Source: Acidobacteriota bacterium (GTDB lineage Bacteria > Acidobacteriota > UBA6911 > RPQK01 > JAJDTT01). Taken from it: a DNA stretch of 64,000 nucleotides. The position numbers and the translations under genes were made by a program. Positions within the stretch are counted from its first letter, which is position 1, and each line of letters starts with the position of its first letter. The DNA is taken from assembly GCA_965217775.1 (NCBI GenBank), contig CBDCJH010000002.1:4960001-5024000 (forward strand). Direction: 5' to 3'. Positions 1 through 10,832 of the stretch are shown in pieces. The notes under the pieces are model-generated. The model was not told the DNA's origin. It was given only the letters and a program-made list of their open reading frames with translations, and did no database searches.

Positions 1-254
1 TGCCCAGATCAATGGCCAAATCGTGGGAAAAAGACTTGAACAGGGAACGAAAAATCATTGGTCCCTTATGCCCCTCGGGATTTCAGCGGGAGCACACCCT
101 CGGCCAAGGCAGCCCCATTTTACCGGCGTCCATTATCGGACACCGTCAGGTTTTTTCGCAACAGACGAGTCTCCGGAGACCGGGTAGCAGTATCAGGCCC
201 ATGTTATAATCGCCGGCTGACGCAAACCTGTTTCCGGGGCTGACGGAGGGCTGG

Positions 255-2159
255 ATGCTACCCTTTTTCCGCGAGAAGAGACGAGGGCTCAAGTGGATCC
301 TGTGGTTGGTCATCATTGGCTTGGGCGTCGGGATGCTGGGCCTGTTCGTCGATACACCGGGTCCCAGTTCCGGCGTTTCCTCCGCCCACGCGGCCGAAGT
401 CGCCGATTTCGTCATTACTTCCGGTGAATTTCGGAGACATTACATCCAGTTGGTCGACGCCTACCGCCGCGTCTACAAGTTGGACCGGCAGGATCCTGCC
501 CTCATCAGGCAGTTGCGTCTGGGCCAACAGGCGCTCGATCAGTTGGTAGCGGAATACGCGACGTTCCACGAAGCACGCCAGATGGGAATCGCCGTGACCT
601 CGGATGAAATCGTCCGATCCATCACCAAGACCCCCGTATTCCAGGAAAACGGCAACTTCATCGGGGTGGATCGGTATCGCGCCATCTTGCAGGCCAACAA
701 CTGGGCGCCCCAGGAATTCGAGGACAGCATCCGGAGGCAGCTCGCCCGGGAGAAGCTGCGCAGAATCCTGACTGATGGGATCTTCCCCACGCCCGGAGAG
801 ATCCGGCGGGAGTTTCTAAACCGGAATCAGGAGGTGAAGCTCCGGTACGTGACCTTCGATCCGGAGAGGTTGGCCCCGGTGGACGTGGATGCGGAAAAAC
901 TCAAGGAGTATTTCGACGAGCGCCAGGAGAATTACCGGGTCGGCGAGCAGCGCAGGATCCGCTACGTTTCCGTTGCCGTCGACCCTGAGAACGTCAACGT
1001 CTCCGAAGAGCAGATCCGCGATCGAATGGATCGCGTCACTGACACGGACCAGGTGAGAGTCAGCCATATTCTGGTTTCGGTGGGAAGCCCTGACGAAGAA
1101 CCCGCGGCGAGGGTCAAGGTCCGGACCCTCTTGCAGCAGCTTCGATCCGGTGCGGATTTCGCACAGTTGGCGCGAGAGCATTCCGAGGACCCGGGTTCGG
1201 GGGCATCCGGTGGGGATCTTGGTTTTTTCGGGCGAGACAAAATGATGCCGGAGTTCGAGAAGGCCGCTTTTGCGTTGAAGCCCGGAGAGCTGAGCGATCT
1301 GGTGGTGACGCCTTTCGGGTACCACATCATCCGCGGCACCTTCAATCCCGAGCACCACGATGGCGATGCCCGGCGGCCGATCGCGGAATATGAAGCCCGG
1401 CAGCAGGAGGCGGAGAACCAGGCCAAGGATCTGGCAACGGAAATATCCGGAGAGCTGGCGGAGGACCCGGACCTGGCGAAGGCGGCGAGCGCTCGCGGCC
1501 TCCCGGTCGAGGAATCGGATTTCTTCGAGCTCGGCGGCTTCATTCCCGGCCTGTCCGTCAAGAACGACTTCAACCAGGATGTCTTCGGTCTCCAGGAGAA
1601 CCAGTCACTGGAGCCGTACCAGGCGGCCGGTTCCTACCTGGTGGCTCAGCTGATGGAGATCCGGCCCGCCCACATGCCGGCTTTCGAAGAGATACGCGAC
1701 AAGGCTCTCTCCGATTACCGCTCCACGCAGGGTGACGAATCCGCTCGGGAGAACGCATTCGCCCTGCACCAGACCATCCAGGACGGCAGCGAATTCCGGA
1801 AGCTGGCGCAGGAACGAGAACTGCAGGTCATGACGACGCCCTTCTTCAAGCGGGGCGCGACCATCGACGAGAACCTCCGATTTTCGCCGCAGGTTCACGA
1901 CCATGCCTTTCGACTGAAGACGGGAGAGGTCGCGCCGCCCGTCCTGGTCACCGGAAAGTACTTCGTGCTCCAGGTGGCCGAGAAGACGGAACTGGACCAG
2001 GAGAAGTTCGAAGGCGAGAAGAGTCAACTGGAAAAGGAGTTGACGGAGAAGAAGCGTGCGGACTACTTCAATGCCTACGTGGAAGGCACACTGGAACGCC
2101 TGCGCAGCGCCGACGCCATCACCATCAACCAGGAGATGGTGGACGCCATGACCGGATAA
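255..2159 (+). CDS. ppiD: PpiD/SurA-family periplasmic chaperone, parvulin-type peptidyl-prolyl isomerase
   Basis: N-terminal TM anchor, SurA_N-like region and rotamase motifs (VSHILV, DFAQLAREHSEDPGS..GGDLGFF, PEFEKAAF, TPFGYHII); GGAGG RBS upstream. Confidence 0.85.
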   Translation: MLPFFREKRRGLKWILWLVIIGLGVGMLGLFVDTPGPSSGVSSAHAAEVADFVITSGEFRRHYIQLVDAYRRVYKLDRQDPALIRQLRLGQQALDQLVAEYATFHEARQMGIAVTSDEIVRSITKTPVFQENGNFIGVDRYRAILQANNWAPQEFEDSIRRQLAREKLRRILTDGIFPTPGEIRREFLNRNQEVKLRYVTFDPERLAPVDVDAEKLKEYFDERQENYRVGEQRRIRYVSVAVDPENVNVSEEQIRDRMDRVTDTDQVRVSHILVSVGSPDEEPAARVKVRTLLQQLRSGADFAQLAREHSEDPGSGASGGDLGFFGRDKMMPEFEKAAFALKPGELSDLVVTPFGYHIIRGTFNPEHHDGDARRPIAEYEARQQEAENQAKDLATEISGELAEDPDLAKAASARGLPVEESDFFELGGFIPGLSVKNDFNQDVFGLQENQSLEPYQAAGSYLVAQLMEIRPAHMPAFEEIRDKALSDYRSTQGDESARENAFALHQTIQDGSEFRKLAQERELQVMTTPFFKRGATIDENLRFSPQVHDHAFRLKTGEVAPPVLVTGKYFVLQVAEKTELDQEKFEGEKSQLEKELTEKKRADYFNAYVEGTLERLRSADAITINQEMVDAMTG

Positions 2160-2193
2160 CCCGCATTTCGTCCCCTTCCCCCAAGGACCCTAG

Positions 2194-2323
2194 CCCGCAT
2201 TACTCACCAGGTCGCTACGCGTATGATGAAAATGAGGCTGTTCTTGGCCATCTACGCGAATTTTTCCACGGTTTCTCCGGGACCGACTGCGCGATCGTCA
2301 CGCCCCCTTCTGAGAAATGCGGG
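2194..2323. mobile_element. MITE family C, copy 1 (plus an orphan end CCCGCATTTC at 2160-2169)
   Basis: Terminal inverted repeats CCCGCATTACTCA...TGAGAAATGCGGG flanked by CTAG/CTGG; internal sequence resembles the copies at 24228, 26242 and 36908. Confidence 0.75.
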
Positions 2324-2336
2324 CTGGATCGACGGA

Positions 2337-4163
2337 TCACTGCACCGTGACCGACTTGGCCAGATTCCGGGGCCGGTCGATGTCGCAACCCCGCTCCCTC
2401 GCCACGTAGTAGGCCAGGAGTTGGAGCGCGATCACGCTCAGGAAAGGCGTGAACATCTCTCCACAGTGCGGAATCTCGATCAGGTCGTCGACCAGCTCGG
2501 TCAAGTGCGGGTCTCCTTCCGTCCCCACCGCGATGACCGGCCCGTTTCGGCTCTTGATCTCCTCAATGTTTCCGATCGTCTTCCGATAGACGCTGTCGCG
2601 GGGCGCCAGGCAGACGGTCGGGAAATTCTCGTCCACGAGTGCGAGAGGCCCATGTTTCATCTCACCTGCGGCATAGCCTTCGGCGTGCAGGTAGGAGATC
2701 TCCTTCATCTTCAGGGCGCCCTCCATCGCCACCGGATAGCTGAAGTTTCTCCCCAGATAAAGAAGGTTCCGATAGTGGGCGTAGCGGCGGGCGATTTCTT
2801 CAATGGCCGCCGCCCGAGCGAGCATGGACCGCATCTTCTCGGGCAGGGCCCGGAGCTCATGGACAAATTCCTGGCCTTCGCTCAATGACATCTGCTGGTG
2901 ACGGCCCAGCAGGAGGCCCACCAGATAGAGAATCGCGATCTGGGAGACGAAAACCTTGGTGGAGGCGACACTGATTTCCGGACCGGCATGATTGTAGATT
3001 CCGGCGTCGGTCAGGCGGGCGACCGTGCTGCCTACCACGTTGACGAGGCCCAGGCTGAGAGCACCACGCCGTTTGACCTCGCGCACCACGGCCAGGATGT
3101 CAGCCGTCTCCCCCGATTGGCTGATGGCCAGAACCGCCGTACGAGCTTGCAGGTTCAGCTTGCGGTATTGGAACTCGGAAGCGAGATCGACGTCGACAGG
3201 ATAGTTGGTGCAGCTCTCGATGACGTAACGTCCCAGCAAGCCCGCATAGTAGGAGGTCCCACAGGCCAGTATGATGAGCCGCCGCATGTTCCGCAGGCGC
3301 CCCCAGACTCGCTCCAAGCCTCCCAGCTTGGCCAGTCCTTCCGCCTCGATCAGCCTTCCCCGGATGGCCTCTCCGACCACCTCGGGTTGCTCGTAGACCT
3401 CCTTGAGCATGAAGTGGGGGTAACCCTGCTTCTCGGCGGAGGACATGTCCCAGTCCAGGGTCTGGACCGATCGATTCATGGGCATCCCGCTCAGAGTGCG
3501 GATCCGGTAACTCCCGGGCTTCAGCAGCGCCACCTCACCATCATGGAGGTAGGCCACCTCTCGCGTGTGACTCATCAGGGCCGCCGCGTCGGACGCGGCA
3601 AAGATCTCACTGTCCCGGATTCCCAGGACCAGGGGGCTGCCCAGCCGGGCAACCACGATCTGGGAAGGATTCTCGGAGGAAATCACTCCGATTCCGTAGG
3701 TACCGTCCACGCGTTGAAGGGCCGAGTTGACCGCGTCTTCCAGGTCACCTCGATAGTCTTCCTCGATCAGGTGGGCCAGCACCTCGGAATCGGTGGAAGA
3801 GCGGAACAGATGCCCCTTTTCCCGAAGTTCCTCCCGCAATTGCCGGTAATTTTCGATGATTCCATTGTGCACCACGAAGATGCGGCCCCGGCAATCGCCA
3901 TGCGGATGAGCGTTTTCGGGAGAGGGAACACCATGCGTGGCCCAACGAGTGTGGGCGATGCCGCCCCAACCCGTCCAAGGCTTGTCCCCGAGAAGATTGG
4001 CCAGATCCGAGATTTTTCCCACCGCCTTCCGGCAGTGAATCCCGTTGCTCACGGCTACCGCGACACCGCTGGAGTCATAGCCGCGGTATTCCAGCCTTCT
4101 CAAGCCGTTGAGGAGGATAGGCAGGGCGGGGCGATCCCCCAGGTAGCAGATAATTCCACACAT
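2337..4163 (-). CDS. glmS: Glutamine--fructose-6-phosphate transaminase (isomerizing)
   Basis: N-terminal MCGII, LEYRGYDS, GIAHTRWATHG, SQSGET, C-terminal PRNLAKSVT. Confidence 0.98.
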   Translation of the reverse strand: MCGIICYLGDRPALPILLNGLRRLEYRGYDSSGVAVAVSNGIHCRKAVGKISDLANLLGDKPWTGWGGIAHTRWATHGVPSPENAHPHGDCRGRIFVVHNGIIENYRQLREELREKGHLFRSSTDSEVLAHLIEEDYRGDLEDAVNSALQRVDGTYGIGVISSENPSQIVVARLGSPLVLGIRDSEIFAASDAAALMSHTREVAYLHDGEVALLKPGSYRIRTLSGMPMNRSVQTLDWDMSSAEKQGYPHFMLKEVYEQPEVVGEAIRGRLIEAEGLAKLGGLERVWGRLRNMRRLIILACGTSYYAGLLGRYVIESCTNYPVDVDLASEFQYRKLNLQARTAVLAISQSGETADILAVVREVKRRGALSLGLVNVVGSTVARLTDAGIYNHAGPEISVASTKVFVSQIAILYLVGLLLGRHQQMSLSEGQEFVHELRALPEKMRSMLARAAAIEEIARRYAHYRNLLYLGRNFSYPVAMEGALKMKEISYLHAEGYAAGEMKHGPLALVDENFPTVCLAPRDSVYRKTIGNIEEIKSRNGPVIAVGTEGDPHLTELVDDLIEIPHCGEMFTPFLSVIALQLLAYYVARERGCDIDRPRNLAKSVTVQ

Positions 4164-4184
4164 CTTTCAGCCACGGGGTGCTAG

Positions 4185-4342
4185 GAGTCTGCGCCGTAGA
4201 AATGATCGTAGCGAGAAAGTGGGGAGTCGAGGCCAGATTTTCTCGATTTTGACGTGCATAGTCGTTCTATTCGCCGAGAAATCGAGGAAATATGGACCGA
4301 TTCACCGCTTTCGCAGTAGATCAATTTCTGCGGCGCAGGCTC
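4185..4342. mobile_element. MITE family A, copy 1
   Basis: ~24-bp TIRs GAGTCTGCGCCGTAGAAATGATC / GATCAATTTCTGCGGCGCAGGCTC; 4-bp target duplication CTAG at 4181-4184 and 4343-4346; inverted second copy at 44927-45085. Confidence 0.85.
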
Positions 4343-4714
4343 CTAGAGAAGCCCCAATTGGAGCCTTGCCGCCTCGGACATGTTCTCCATGGTCCAGGGC
4401 GGATCCCACACGACTTCCACGGCGACTTTCTCTACGCCGGGAAGCGCCCGAATCTTGGACTCGACTTCCAACGGCAGCGACTCGGCCACCGGACAACTGG
4501 GCGAGGTCAGGGTCATCTTGACATCCACGGCTCCGGCGGCGGCGACTTCGACCCCGTAGATCAGGCCCAACTCGTAGATGTCCACCGGAATCTCCGGATC
4601 GTAACAAGTCCTGAGGACCGAAATCACCTCTTCCTGATTGGGGCCACCCACTGGCGGCGTCCCGCTTCCCGATTCGGTCTGGAAACCCGGTTCCGGATTC
4701 AATTCTTCTACCAT
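4343..4714 (-). CDS. sufT: SUF-associated Fe-S assembly protein, DUF59/PaaD-like (SufT)
   Basis: YDPEIPVDIYELGLIY, MTLTSPSCP, VWDPPW motifs; last gene of the suf operon. Confidence 0.9.
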   Translation of the reverse strand: MVEELNPEPGFQTESGSGTPPVGGPNQEEVISVLRTCYDPEIPVDIYELGLIYGVEVAAAGAVDVKMTLTSPSCPVAESLPLEVESKIRALPGVEKVAVEVVWDPPWTMENMSEAARLQLGLL

Positions 4715-4745
4715 GGATCCCCCTCTGCGGTGTTCCGCCGGAATC

Positions 4746-5204
4746 TCATTCGGTCGAGACGACCTGGTTTCTCTTTTCGAGTGCCGCCCGCAACGTATGC
4801 CAGGTCAAGGTGGCGCATTTCACCCGAACCGGATAGCGGCTGATCCCTCCAAACACCACCAACTTGCCCAGATCCTGTTCGGAGAAATCTTGCGAATCGA
4901 GATTTCCCGTCACCAGTTGGTGAAAACGTTCGAACAGAGCCTCGACTTCCTCCAATTTCCGACCCTTCAGACTCTCGGTCATTATGGAGGCGGAGGCCAT
5001 GGAGATGGCGCATCCCGACCCCCGGAACGAGATCTGGTCGACGACAGACTCCTTCAGCTTGACGTACACGCTGACCCGGTCGCCGCAGAGGGGATTGAAT
5101 CCTTCCGACTGGTGATCCGCGTCTTCCAGAACACCGAAATTCCGAGGTCGCCGATTGTGATCCAGGATGACCTCCTGGTAGAGGTCGCTCAGGTCCGACA
5201 TCAC
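4746..5204 (-). CDS. sufU: SUF-system NifU-family sulfur transfer/scaffold protein
   Basis: LYQEVILDH, NPLCGD, GCAISMASAS, RVKCATL. Confidence 0.93.
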   Translation of the reverse strand: MMSDLSDLYQEVILDHNRRPRNFGVLEDADHQSEGFNPLCGDRVSVYVKLKESVVDQISFRGSGCAISMASASIMTESLKGRKLEEVEALFERFHQLVTGNLDSQDFSEQDLGKLVVFGGISRYPVRVKCATLTWHTLRAALEKRNQVVSTE

Positions 5205-6466
5205 TCAAACACCTCGATCACCTTTTCGAGGCCCCGGCACAAGGCATCGATCTCTGCTGGCGTGTTGTAGAATGCCAGCGACGCCCGCGCCGTGGCCGGC
5301 AGCCCATAGTAATCCATCAGGGGCTGGGCACAGTGATGGCCGGTCCGAATCGCCACCCCCTCCAGATCCAGAATGGTGCCCAGGTCGTGAGGATGGACTT
5401 CGTCCAGAACGAAGGAGAGCACCGCCACCTTCGACGGCGCAGTGCCGATCAGGCGCAGGCCGGGAACCTGCGAAAGCCGGGAAGTCGCGTATTCCAGGAG
5501 CTCGTTCTCGTAGGCCGCCACCCGATCGAGGCCCAGGTTCTCCAGATAGTCCAAGGCCGCAGCCAACGCGACGCCGCCGGCAATATTGGGAGTCCCCCCC
5601 TCGAACTTGTGCGGGGGTTCGTTGTACGTCGTCTTCTCGAAGGATACGGAACGGATCATCTCCCCTCCCCCCTGATAGGGAGGCATGGATTCCAGATGGT
5701 TCCATTTGCCATAAAGGATGCCGATTCCGGTGGGTCCGTAGATCTTGTGTCCGGAGAAGCAATAGAAGTCGCAATCCAGTTCCTGCACGTCCACCTTGAC
5801 GTGTGGCACCGCTTGAGCCCCGTCCAGAAGGACGAGGGCACCGTGCCCATGCGCCATTTCAACCAGTTTCCGCACCGGGTTGATGGTCCCGAGAACGTTG
5901 GACACATGGGTCACCGCGACGATCCGGGTCCGATGGTTCAACAACTTCTCGTACTCGTCCAGATAGAGCTCGCCCCGGTCGGACACGGGAATGACCCGAA
6001 GCCGAGCGTCCTTTTCCTGGCAGAGCATCTGCCAGGGAACGATATTGGAATGGTGCTCCATTTGAGAAACGACGACCTCGTCACCCGGATTCAGTACGCT
6101 CCGTCCCGCGGTCTGGGCCACCAGATTGATGGCCTCGGTCGTGCTCCGGACGAAGACGATCTCTTCCGCCCGGGTGGCGTTGAGGAACTTCTGCACTCTT
6201 TCACGGGTGGCCTCATAGGCTTCCGTGGCTCGGACGCTCAAGAGATGGACGCCCCGCTGAATGTTGGCGTTGCTGCGGGAATAATATCGGCACACCGCAT
6301 CGATGACCTGCTGCGGTTTCTGGCTGGTGGCCGCATTGTCCAGGTAGGCCAACGGCTTGCCGTGAACCTTCCGGGAGAGGATCGGGAAATCCCGGCGGAT
6401 GTGTCCTGGATTCAGCTCTCCGGACACTTTCCGGTGATCGTCTCGGGCCGTTGAGCTGAAACTCAC
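5201..6466 (-). CDS. sufS: Cysteine desulfurase (group II)
   Basis: YLDNAATSQKP, FSGHK (PLP lysine), RTGHHCAQP. Confidence 0.96.
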   Translation of the reverse strand: MSFSSTARDDHRKVSGELNPGHIRRDFPILSRKVHGKPLAYLDNAATSQKPQQVIDAVCRYYSRSNANIQRGVHLLSVRATEAYEATRERVQKFLNATRAEEIVFVRSTTEAINLVAQTAGRSVLNPGDEVVVSQMEHHSNIVPWQMLCQEKDARLRVIPVSDRGELYLDEYEKLLNHRTRIVAVTHVSNVLGTINPVRKLVEMAHGHGALVLLDGAQAVPHVKVDVQELDCDFYCFSGHKIYGPTGIGILYGKWNHLESMPPYQGGGEMIRSVSFEKTTYNEPPHKFEGGTPNIAGGVALAAALDYLENLGLDRVAAYENELLEYATSRLSQVPGLRLIGTAPSKVAVLSFVLDEVHPHDLGTILDLEGVAIRTGHHCAQPLMDYYGLPATARASLAFYNTPAEIDALCRGLEKVIEVFE

Positions 6467-7806
6467 GCCAGTGCCTTCCTCAGAAAACGCCCCTGGGGCA
6501 GCCGGTCGAAAACCAGCGAACTGAGTCGATCTCGCAGGCCGGCCAGCCGCACGCGGCGGATCAAATCTTCGGCAAAGCCGTAGATCAGGATGCTGCGCGC
6601 CATCTCTTCATCGATGCCTCGCGACCGCATGTAGAAGAGGGCTTCCCGGTCGAGCTGTCCGATGGTGGCGCCATGAGTGCATTTGACTTCGTCGGCGTAG
6701 ATCTCCAGTTGGGGCTTCGTATTCACCAGGGCTCGATCGGACAGGAGCAGGTTGTTGTTGGTCTGTTCCGAGTCGGTCTTCTGGGCTCCGGGATGGACCA
6801 CGATCCGGCCCCGAAACACACCTCGGGAACGTCCGCCCAGAATTCCCTTGTACAGCTCTCGGCTACCGCAATGAGGAGCCGCGTGCTCGATCCGGGTGTG
6901 GTTGTCGACCAACTGCTCGCCGGAAGCGATGAAAATGCCGTCCAGCACCGCGTCCGCGCCCTCGCCTCCCAGAACCACGTTCAGATCGTTGCGCGTCAGC
7001 GTTCCCCCCAGGTCTGCCGACATGGTGCGCAACACACTGTTGGATTCCTGCCGGATCTCCAGGGTCGAGACATGGTGCGCGGCACGGCTCTCCTCCTGCA
7101 GCCGATAGTGATCCAGGTTGGCGTTCTCCCCCACCGCCACCTCGGTGACCGGATTGCTGAAATAGGACTTCTCTCCGGCTCCCGCATAGTGTTCGACCAC
7201 GGAGCACTCGCTGCCGTCGCCGACCAGGATCAGATTCCGGGGATGGGTCACGAATGCCGGCCCGCCGTTACCGGTGGAGAGAAAAACGAGATGGATGGGC
7301 TCCGGGATCCGGACTCCTGCGGAGACCCGGACCACCGCTCCATCTTCAATAAACGCAGTGTTGAGGTTAGCGAATGGATGGCGCTCGGCCTCGACATAGC
7401 GGGCCAGGTGAGCCTCGACCGCTTCGGGGCTCTCCCGAAGAATGGCCGCCAATGAGCCGACCCGGACCCGACTCCCCATCTCGTCCAAATGGGACAACTC
7501 GGCACAGTATCGTCCATTCAGGAAGACGCAACGGACGCCGCTGCTGCCGCCGGCCGTCGTGGAATTCATTCGGCAATGTCCGTCCGGAGAGGGCGCGGGA
7601 GCGGTCTCATATGAGGTGGCTGCCAGGGCGGCGACGTTCGTATAACGCCAATCCTCATCGGCGATGGTGGGGAACCCCGTCTCGGCGAAGCGAAACATGG
7701 CTTCCCGGCGAAGTTGGGACAACCAGCCGGGAGTGTCCGCCGCCGTTTCGTCCAGGCGGTTGAACCGTTCCAGATAGGAGTCCAGGGATTTTCGTGCGAC
7801 CTTCAT
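6463..7806 (-). CDS. sufD: Fe-S cluster assembly protein SufD
   Basis: EDWRYT, KPQLEIYADEVKCTHGATIG, FYMRSRGI. Confidence 0.95.
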   Translation of the reverse strand: MKVARKSLDSYLERFNRLDETAADTPGWLSQLRREAMFRFAETGFPTIADEDWRYTNVAALAATSYETAPAPSPDGHCRMNSTTAGGSSGVRCVFLNGRYCAELSHLDEMGSRVRVGSLAAILRESPEAVEAHLARYVEAERHPFANLNTAFIEDGAVVRVSAGVRIPEPIHLVFLSTGNGGPAFVTHPRNLILVGDGSECSVVEHYAGAGEKSYFSNPVTEVAVGENANLDHYRLQEESRAAHHVSTLEIRQESNSVLRTMSADLGGTLTRNDLNVVLGGEGADAVLDGIFIASGEQLVDNHTRIEHAAPHCGSRELYKGILGGRSRGVFRGRIVVHPGAQKTDSEQTNNNLLLSDRALVNTKPQLEIYADEVKCTHGATIGQLDREALFYMRSRGIDEEMARSILIYGFAEDLIRRVRLAGLRDRLSSLVFDRLPQGRFLRKALA

Positions 7807-7830
7807 TTCGATCCGTACCTCGATCCCGAA

Positions 7831-8598
<768 letters not shown>

Positions 8599-8655
8599 TG
8601 GATTCCCTTCCTGAGTTCAGGAGCCTCGCGGCTTGATGGAGTGGCAACCTGGCGG

Positions 8656-10113
8656 CTACCCGACACTTCCTTCGAGGCTGATCGACAGCAGTTTCTGGGC
8701 CTCGACGGCAAATTCCATCGGCAGTTCCTTGATGACCTTCTTGCAAAAGCCATTGACGATCATGGAGACGGCATCCTCCGCCGAGAGCCCCCGCTGCTGG
8801 CAATAGAAGATCTGATCCTCTCCGATCTTGGAGGTCGAAGCCTCATGCTCCATGTGGGCGCTGCTGTTGTTCACCTCGATATAGGGAAAGGTATGGGCTC
8901 CACACTGGTCCCCCATCAACATGGAATCGCACTGGGTATAGTTGCGGGCCCGTTCGGCACGGGAGCCGATCCGGACCAGGCCACGGTAGGTGTTCTGTCC
9001 ACGGCCGGCCGAAATTCCTTTGGAAACGATGTTGCTCCGGGTGTTCTTGCCGATGTGGATCATCTTGGTGCCCGTATCCGCCTGCTGGCGGTTGTTGGTC
9101 AGCGCCACCGAGTAGAACTCTCCCACGGAATTGTCGCCCAGCAGGATGCAACTGGGATACTTCCAGGTAATTGCCGAGCCCGTCTCCACCTGCGTCCACG
9201 AGATCTTGGAGTTGACCCCCTGGCACTTGCCCCGTTTGGTGACGAAATTGTAGATGCCGCCTTTGCCGTCCTTGTCTCCCGGATACCAATTCTGAATGGT
9301 GGAGTACTTGATCTCGGCATTGTCCAGCGCCACCAACTCCACCACCGCCGCGTGGAGTTGATTCTCGTCTCTCATGGGCGCGGTGCAGCCCTCCAGGTAG
9401 CTGACGTAGGACCCCTCGTCGGCGATGATCAGGGTGCGCTCGAACTGCCCGGTCTTGGCGGCGTTGATTCGGAAATAGGTCGAGAGCTCCATGGGGCAGC
9501 GGACGCCTTTGGGGACGTAGACGAAGGAACCGTCGGTGAAGACGGCTGAATTCAGGGACGCAAAGAAATTATCGGTATGGGGCACGACCGACCCCAGATA
9601 GCGCCGAACCAGCTCCGGGTGCTCCTGAATGGCGTCGCTGAACGAGCAGAAGATGATTCCCAGTTCCGACAGTTTATGCTTGAAGGTCGTGGCCACCGAG
9701 ACACTGTCGAAGACGGCATCCACGGCCACCTCCGTGACTCCGGCCAACATCTCCTGCTCGCGCAAGGGGATTCCCAGCTTCTCGTAGGTGGCGCGGATCT
9801 CGGGGTCGATGTCGTCCAGGCTCGTGGGGCCGTCGCCGTTCGACTTGGGAGCCGAATAGTAGACGATGTCCTGGTAGTCGATGGGCGGATAGTGGACATT
9901 GGGCCAATCTGGCTCCGTCATCTTCTGCCAGCGGCCATAGGCCCTGAGCCGCCACTGGAGCATCCATTCGGGCTCTCCCTTCTTGGATGCGATCAGCCCG
10001 ATGGTGTTTTCGTCCAGACCGGGAGGAACTTCGTCGGCCTCCACATCGGTGTAGAAGCCGTATTTGTATTCCTCCGTCGCCAGATCCTGCAACTGCTCCA
10101 TTTCAGTAGGCAT
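8656..10113 (-). CDS. sufB: Fe-S cluster assembly protein SufB
   Basis: [34 protein letters not shown]. Confidence 0.97.
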   Translation of the reverse strand: MPTEMEQLQDLATEEYKYGFYTDVEADEVPPGLDENTIGLIASKKGEPEWMLQWRLRAYGRWQKMTEPDWPNVHYPPIDYQDIVYYSAPKSNGDGPTSLDDIDPEIRATYEKLGIPLREQEMLAGVTEVAVDAVFDSVSVATTFKHKLSELGIIFCSFSDAIQEHPELVRRYLGSVVPHTDNFFASLNSAVFTDGSFVYVPKGVRCPMELSTYFRINAAKTGQFERTLIIADEGSYVSYLEGCTAPMRDENQLHAAVVELVALDNAEIKYSTIQNWYPGDKDGKGGIYNFVTKRGKCQGVNSKISWTQVETGSAITWKYPSCILLGDNSVGEFYSVALTNNRQQADTGTKMIHIGKNTRSNIVSKGISAGRGQNTYRGLVRIGSRAERARNYTQCDSMLMGDQCGAHTFPYIEVNNSSAHMEHEASTSKIGEDQIFYCQQRGLSAEDAVSMIVNGFCKKVIKELPMEFAVEAQKLLSISLEGSVG

Positions 10114-10154
10114 GGGATTCCTCTCTCACCGACGATGGTCGTTCCGGCAATCCT

Positions 10155-10634
10155 TCAGGGCTTCCAGCCTGTGACCTGCGGCCGTTCCGGCTCAATCCCG
10201 CGGCCCGCTTCCAGCGGGACCAGCGAGTCTGAGAGGGGAGAAGTCATGTCCAGCAGACTGATCCGCTCCAGCGCGTCGAGAACCGCCTGGTTGATCACCT
10301 GCCAGTTGCTTCGGATACAGCAGACGGGTTCCTGCTTGCACTCTCCGGGCGTCCCGATGCACTCGGTCATGGCAATGGGCCCCTCGATGACGTTGATGAT
10401 GTCCGCCACCGAGATTCGCCCCGGCTTGAGTGCCAGACTATAGCCTCCCTTGGCGCCGCGGCGGGACGACAGGATTCCTTCCCGAGTCAACCCCTTGAGG
10501 ATCTTGCTGACCATGGGCAGCGGGATCCGGGTTTGGTCGGAAAGTGTTCGAGCACTGTAGGTCAGTCCCTCGCCACCGGCAAAATGCGTCAACAGAACGA
10601 TTCCGTAGTCGGCCTCCTTACTCATTCGCATCAC
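10155..10634 (-). CDS. Rrf2-family (IscR-like) SUF system Fe-S cluster regulator
   Basis: Rrf2 wHTH (SRRGAKGGYSLA, IINVIEGP) with Cys cluster C-x6-C-x5-CC; first gene of the suf operon. Confidence 0.88.
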   Translation of the reverse strand: MMRMSKEADYGIVLLTHFAGGEGLTYSARTLSDQTRIPLPMVSKILKGLTREGILSSRRGAKGGYSLALKPGRISVADIINVIEGPIAMTECIGTPGECKQEPVCCIRSNWQVINQAVLDALERISLLDMTSPLSDSLVPLEAGRGIEPERPQVTGWKP

Positions 10635-10659
10635 GATCGCATCATCCTCACAGCCGCAT

Positions 10660-10689
10660 ATAGTACTAATCTAGTCCTGTTTCTGTCAA
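10660..10689 (-). promoter_or_regulatory. Sigma70 promoter of the suf operon overlapped by a putative Rrf2 operator
   Basis: Minus strand TTGACA-18 bp-TACTAT; imperfect palindrome ATAGTACTA-ATC-TAGTCCTGT (10660-10680) covers the spacer and -10. Confidence 0.7.
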
Positions 10690-10832
10690 CGCGCGCGGCA
10701 GCCTATTTTCGCACGGTTCTCAAACCCCGTGGAGGGTTCTCCGGGCATCACCGCTGGAGGGGGACGCCGCGCACTGAGGCCACGGGGGCCGGGGCCGTTG
10801 CGGCATCAGATTTTTGCCGGAGCGAAGGGAGC

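Noticed and set aside
4164-4342. Possible glmS ribozyme upstream of glmS
   Set aside because: The region is fully explained by a MITE with TIRs, a target duplication and a second copy elsewhere; no ribozyme core was recognised
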